From Deinococcus radiodurans R1 = ATCC 13939 = DSM 20539 (lineage in GTDB: Bacteria; Deinococcota; Deinococci; Deinococcales; Deinococcaceae): DNA of 32,000 nt. A program made the position numbers and the translations under genes. Positions 30,140 to 32,000 of the stretch are shown piece by piece (position 1 is the stretch's first letter; every line of letters begins with the position of its first letter). The DNA lies in NCBI RefSeq assembly GCF_000008565.1, contig NC_001263.1, positions 675,776 through 707,775 of the forward strand. The letters run 5' to 3'. The notes below the pieces were generated by a model. The model was not told where the DNA came from and did no database searches. It saw only the letters and a list, made by a program, of their open reading frames with translations.

Positions 30140-31180
30140 ATGCCGAGCCGCACCGAACTCCTCGCCGAGGAATACCTGCGCCGCGAGGGCCACGACCCGC
30201 AGAAGTTCCGCTATGTCCACCCCGACGGCACGCCCTACACCGACGCGGACGGCCTCGCCCGCATTGCCCGGCTGGCGGTGCCCCCGGCGTATCAGGACGT
30301 GTACGTCTCGCCCGACGCCGAGAACGAGTTGCAGGCCTTCGGGCGCGACGCGGCGGGGCGCTTGCAGTACCGCTATCACCCCGATTTCGTGCAGGCGGGG
30401 GCGCTGAAAAAATGGCAACGGCTGACCCGCTTTGCCGGGGCGTTGCCCACGCTCAAAGTCGCCACCACCGCCGACCTGCGGGCGAGTGGCCTGCCGCCGC
30501 GCAAAGTGATGGCGCTGATGACGCGGCTGCTGCACGTGGCCCGCTTCCGGGTGGGGAGCGACATCTACGCCCGGCAGCACAAAACCTACGGCCTGAGCAC
30601 CCTGCGCCAGCGGCATGTGGTGGTGGACGGCAACACCGTGACCTTCCGCTTCAAGGGCAAGCACGGCGTGTCGCAGCATAAGGCGACGAGTGACCGCACG
30701 CTCGCCGCCAACATGCAAAAGCTGCTCGACCTGCCCGGCCCCTGGCTGTTTCAGACGGTGGACGCGGGTGGGGGAGAGCGCCGCCGCATCCACTCGACTG
30801 AACTCAACGCCTACCTGCGCGAAGTCATTGGCCCCTTTACCGCCAAGGATTTCCGCACCTGGGGCGGCACGCTGCTCGCCGCCGAGTATCTGGCGCAGCA
30901 GGGCACAGAGAGCAGCGAGCGGCAGGCGAAAAAAGTGCTGGTGGACTGCGTGAAGTTCGTGGCCGACGACCTCGGCAACACGCCCGCCGTGACGCGGGGC
31001 AGTTATATCTGCCCGGTCATCTTCGACCGTTACCTCGACGGCAAGGTGCTCGACGACTACGAGCCGCGCACCGAGCGGCAGGAGGCCGAGCTCGAGGGCC
31101 TGACCCGTTCCGAGGGGGCCCTGAAACGCATGTTGGAAAGCGAGCGCACCCTGCGGCAGCGGGGCCGGGCGCTAAAATGA
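30140..31180 (+). CDS. topIB: Type IB DNA topoisomerase (poxvirus-like bacterial TopIB)
   Basis: The 346-aa ORF matches the D. radiodurans TopIB as I remember it. The C-terminal active-site context is [13 protein letters not shown] (catalytic Tyr). It lies 16 nt after ung. Confidence 0.9.
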   Translation: MPSRTELLAEEYLRREGHDPQKFRYVHPDGTPYTDADGLARIARLAVPPAYQDVYVSPDAENELQAFGRDAAGRLQYRYHPDFVQAGALKKWQRLTRFAGALPTLKVATTADLRASGLPPRKVMALMTRLLHVARFRVGSDIYARQHKTYGLSTLRQRHVVVDGNTVTFRFKGKHGVSQHKATSDRTLAANMQKLLDLPGPWLFQTVDAGGGERRRIHSTELNAYLREVIGPFTAKDFRTWGGTLLAAEYLAQQGTESSERQAKKVLVDCVKFVADDLGNTPAVTRGSYICPVIFDRYLDGKVLDDYEPRTERQEAELEGLTRSEGALKRMLESERTLRQRGRALK

Positions 31181-31184
31181 CAGC

Positions 31185-31949
31185 ATGAAAAAAGCTTTCC
31201 TGACCCTACCCCTTCTCGCCTGCGGGCTGGCGCTGACTGCCTGCGCGCCCACGACCCAGGCGTCCACTCGCACCGAAGCGGCTCCAGCGACGGCCCAGGC
31301 CAATAAGCCGCTGATATCCGCCACCGGACAGCCGATTCACATGGCGCTGACCCCCACCTTTGCCGACCAGCCCGGCGACGTGTTCAAGGGGCTGGAGCAG
31401 GTGGGCGACCCCGGCGTGTGGGTGCTGCGTGACCGCACCCGCGCCGACGTGGACGGCCTCAAGGTGGAAGGCCGGGCGCTGCGTGAACCGATCAACGTGG
31501 TGCTCATCGACCTGTTCGCCAAGACGCCGCAGGACGCGCTGCTGCGAGCGACTGCCGCGCTCGACGCTGCGGGCCTCAAGCCGAGCGACCGTTACCCCCA
31601 CGGCTATCAGGCGTACCTGAACGGCACCTTCCAGCCCCAGGTGCCCGCCGGGCAGGCCTTCGCCAAGGGCGTCGGCAGCGCCCGCGAGGAGCGGCTGCGG
31701 CTCTTCGGCCCCTGGAAAACGGGTGACGGCTACGTGTTTCTCGCCGGTATCGCCGCACAGAACGTGACCGGGCAGGGCCGCACCTTCAGCGACTTCATGG
31801 TGACCCGCGAAGCGACTGCCGATGCTCTGAACAACCGCACGCCCTTCCGGAAAAAAGGCTACGTGGACCTGCTGAGCAAGGTGGACACCGCCCGCGAAAC
31901 CACTGCCGACCACGACGGCTGCGCGGTGGTGCTCGTCGCCCGCGAATAA
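31185..31949 (+). CDS. Putative lipoprotein, function unknown
   Basis: The signal with lipobox is MKKAFLTLPLLACGLALTA|C. The gene starts 4 nt after the topIB stop. I recognised no family. Confidence 0.7.
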   Translation: MKKAFLTLPLLACGLALTACAPTTQASTRTEAAPATAQANKPLISATGQPIHMALTPTFADQPGDVFKGLEQVGDPGVWVLRDRTRADVDGLKVEGRALREPINVVLIDLFAKTPQDALLRATAALDAAGLKPSDRYPHGYQAYLNGTFQPQVPAGQAFAKGVGSAREERLRLFGPWKTGDGYVFLAGIAAQNVTGQGRTFSDFMVTREATADALNNRTPFRKKGYVDLLSKVDTARETTADHDGCAVVLVARE

Positions 31950-31970
31950 AAACCGGTTTTGACTCTTATT

Positions 31971-32000
31971 CCCACTACCTGCAGGTGGTGGGATTTTTGT
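31971..32000 (+). terminator. Rho-independent terminator
   Basis: CCCACTACC, loop TGCA, GGTGGTGGG form a 9-bp stem with one G-T pair, followed by ATTTTTGT. It lies 22 nt after the lipoprotein stop. Confidence 0.7.

Overview
This is a high-GC bacterial chromosome segment that I recognise as Deinococcus, most likely D. radiodurans chromosome 1. The ISDra2 TnpA/TnpB sequences and the poxvirus-like topoisomerase IB are close to diagnostic. Contents from left to right: (i) 1-886 holds the left part of an ISDra2 (IS200/IS605) element on the minus strand, with the LE hairpin, tnpA and the first 128 codons of tnpB. The tnpB ORF runs off the window edge and is missing from the supplied ORF track. (ii) Next come carB (minus strand), an APH-fold kinase, a VOC/glyoxalase-fold protein, a class-I aminotransferase and two tandem paralogous small beta-barrel OMPs. 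(iii) An arginine cluster follows with unusual filling: argG, three translationally coupled GNAT genes, argH, an MNT/HEPN toxin-antitoxin pair, two paralogous GNATs, a short single-domain N-acetylglutamate-synthase-like GNAT, and carA. (iv) The most interesting part is 16.4-29.3 kb, a 12.8-kb same-strand four-gene cluster. It encodes three large secreted DUF11/Ig-like repeat proteins (672, 998 and 884 aa) and a 1658-aa protein that joins an Ig-like domain array to a large C-terminal outer-membrane beta-barrel-like region. I know of no characterised system with this make-up, and I propose a cell-surface fibre/adhesin assembly or anchoring system. (v) The window ends with a ung-topIB-lipoprotein operon. 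I saw no tRNA, rRNA or CRISPR array. Many very long ORFs in the track (930, 1016, 1690 aa and others) are antisense shadows of real genes, as expected at this GC content. All family assignments were made by eye from motifs; no searches were run.
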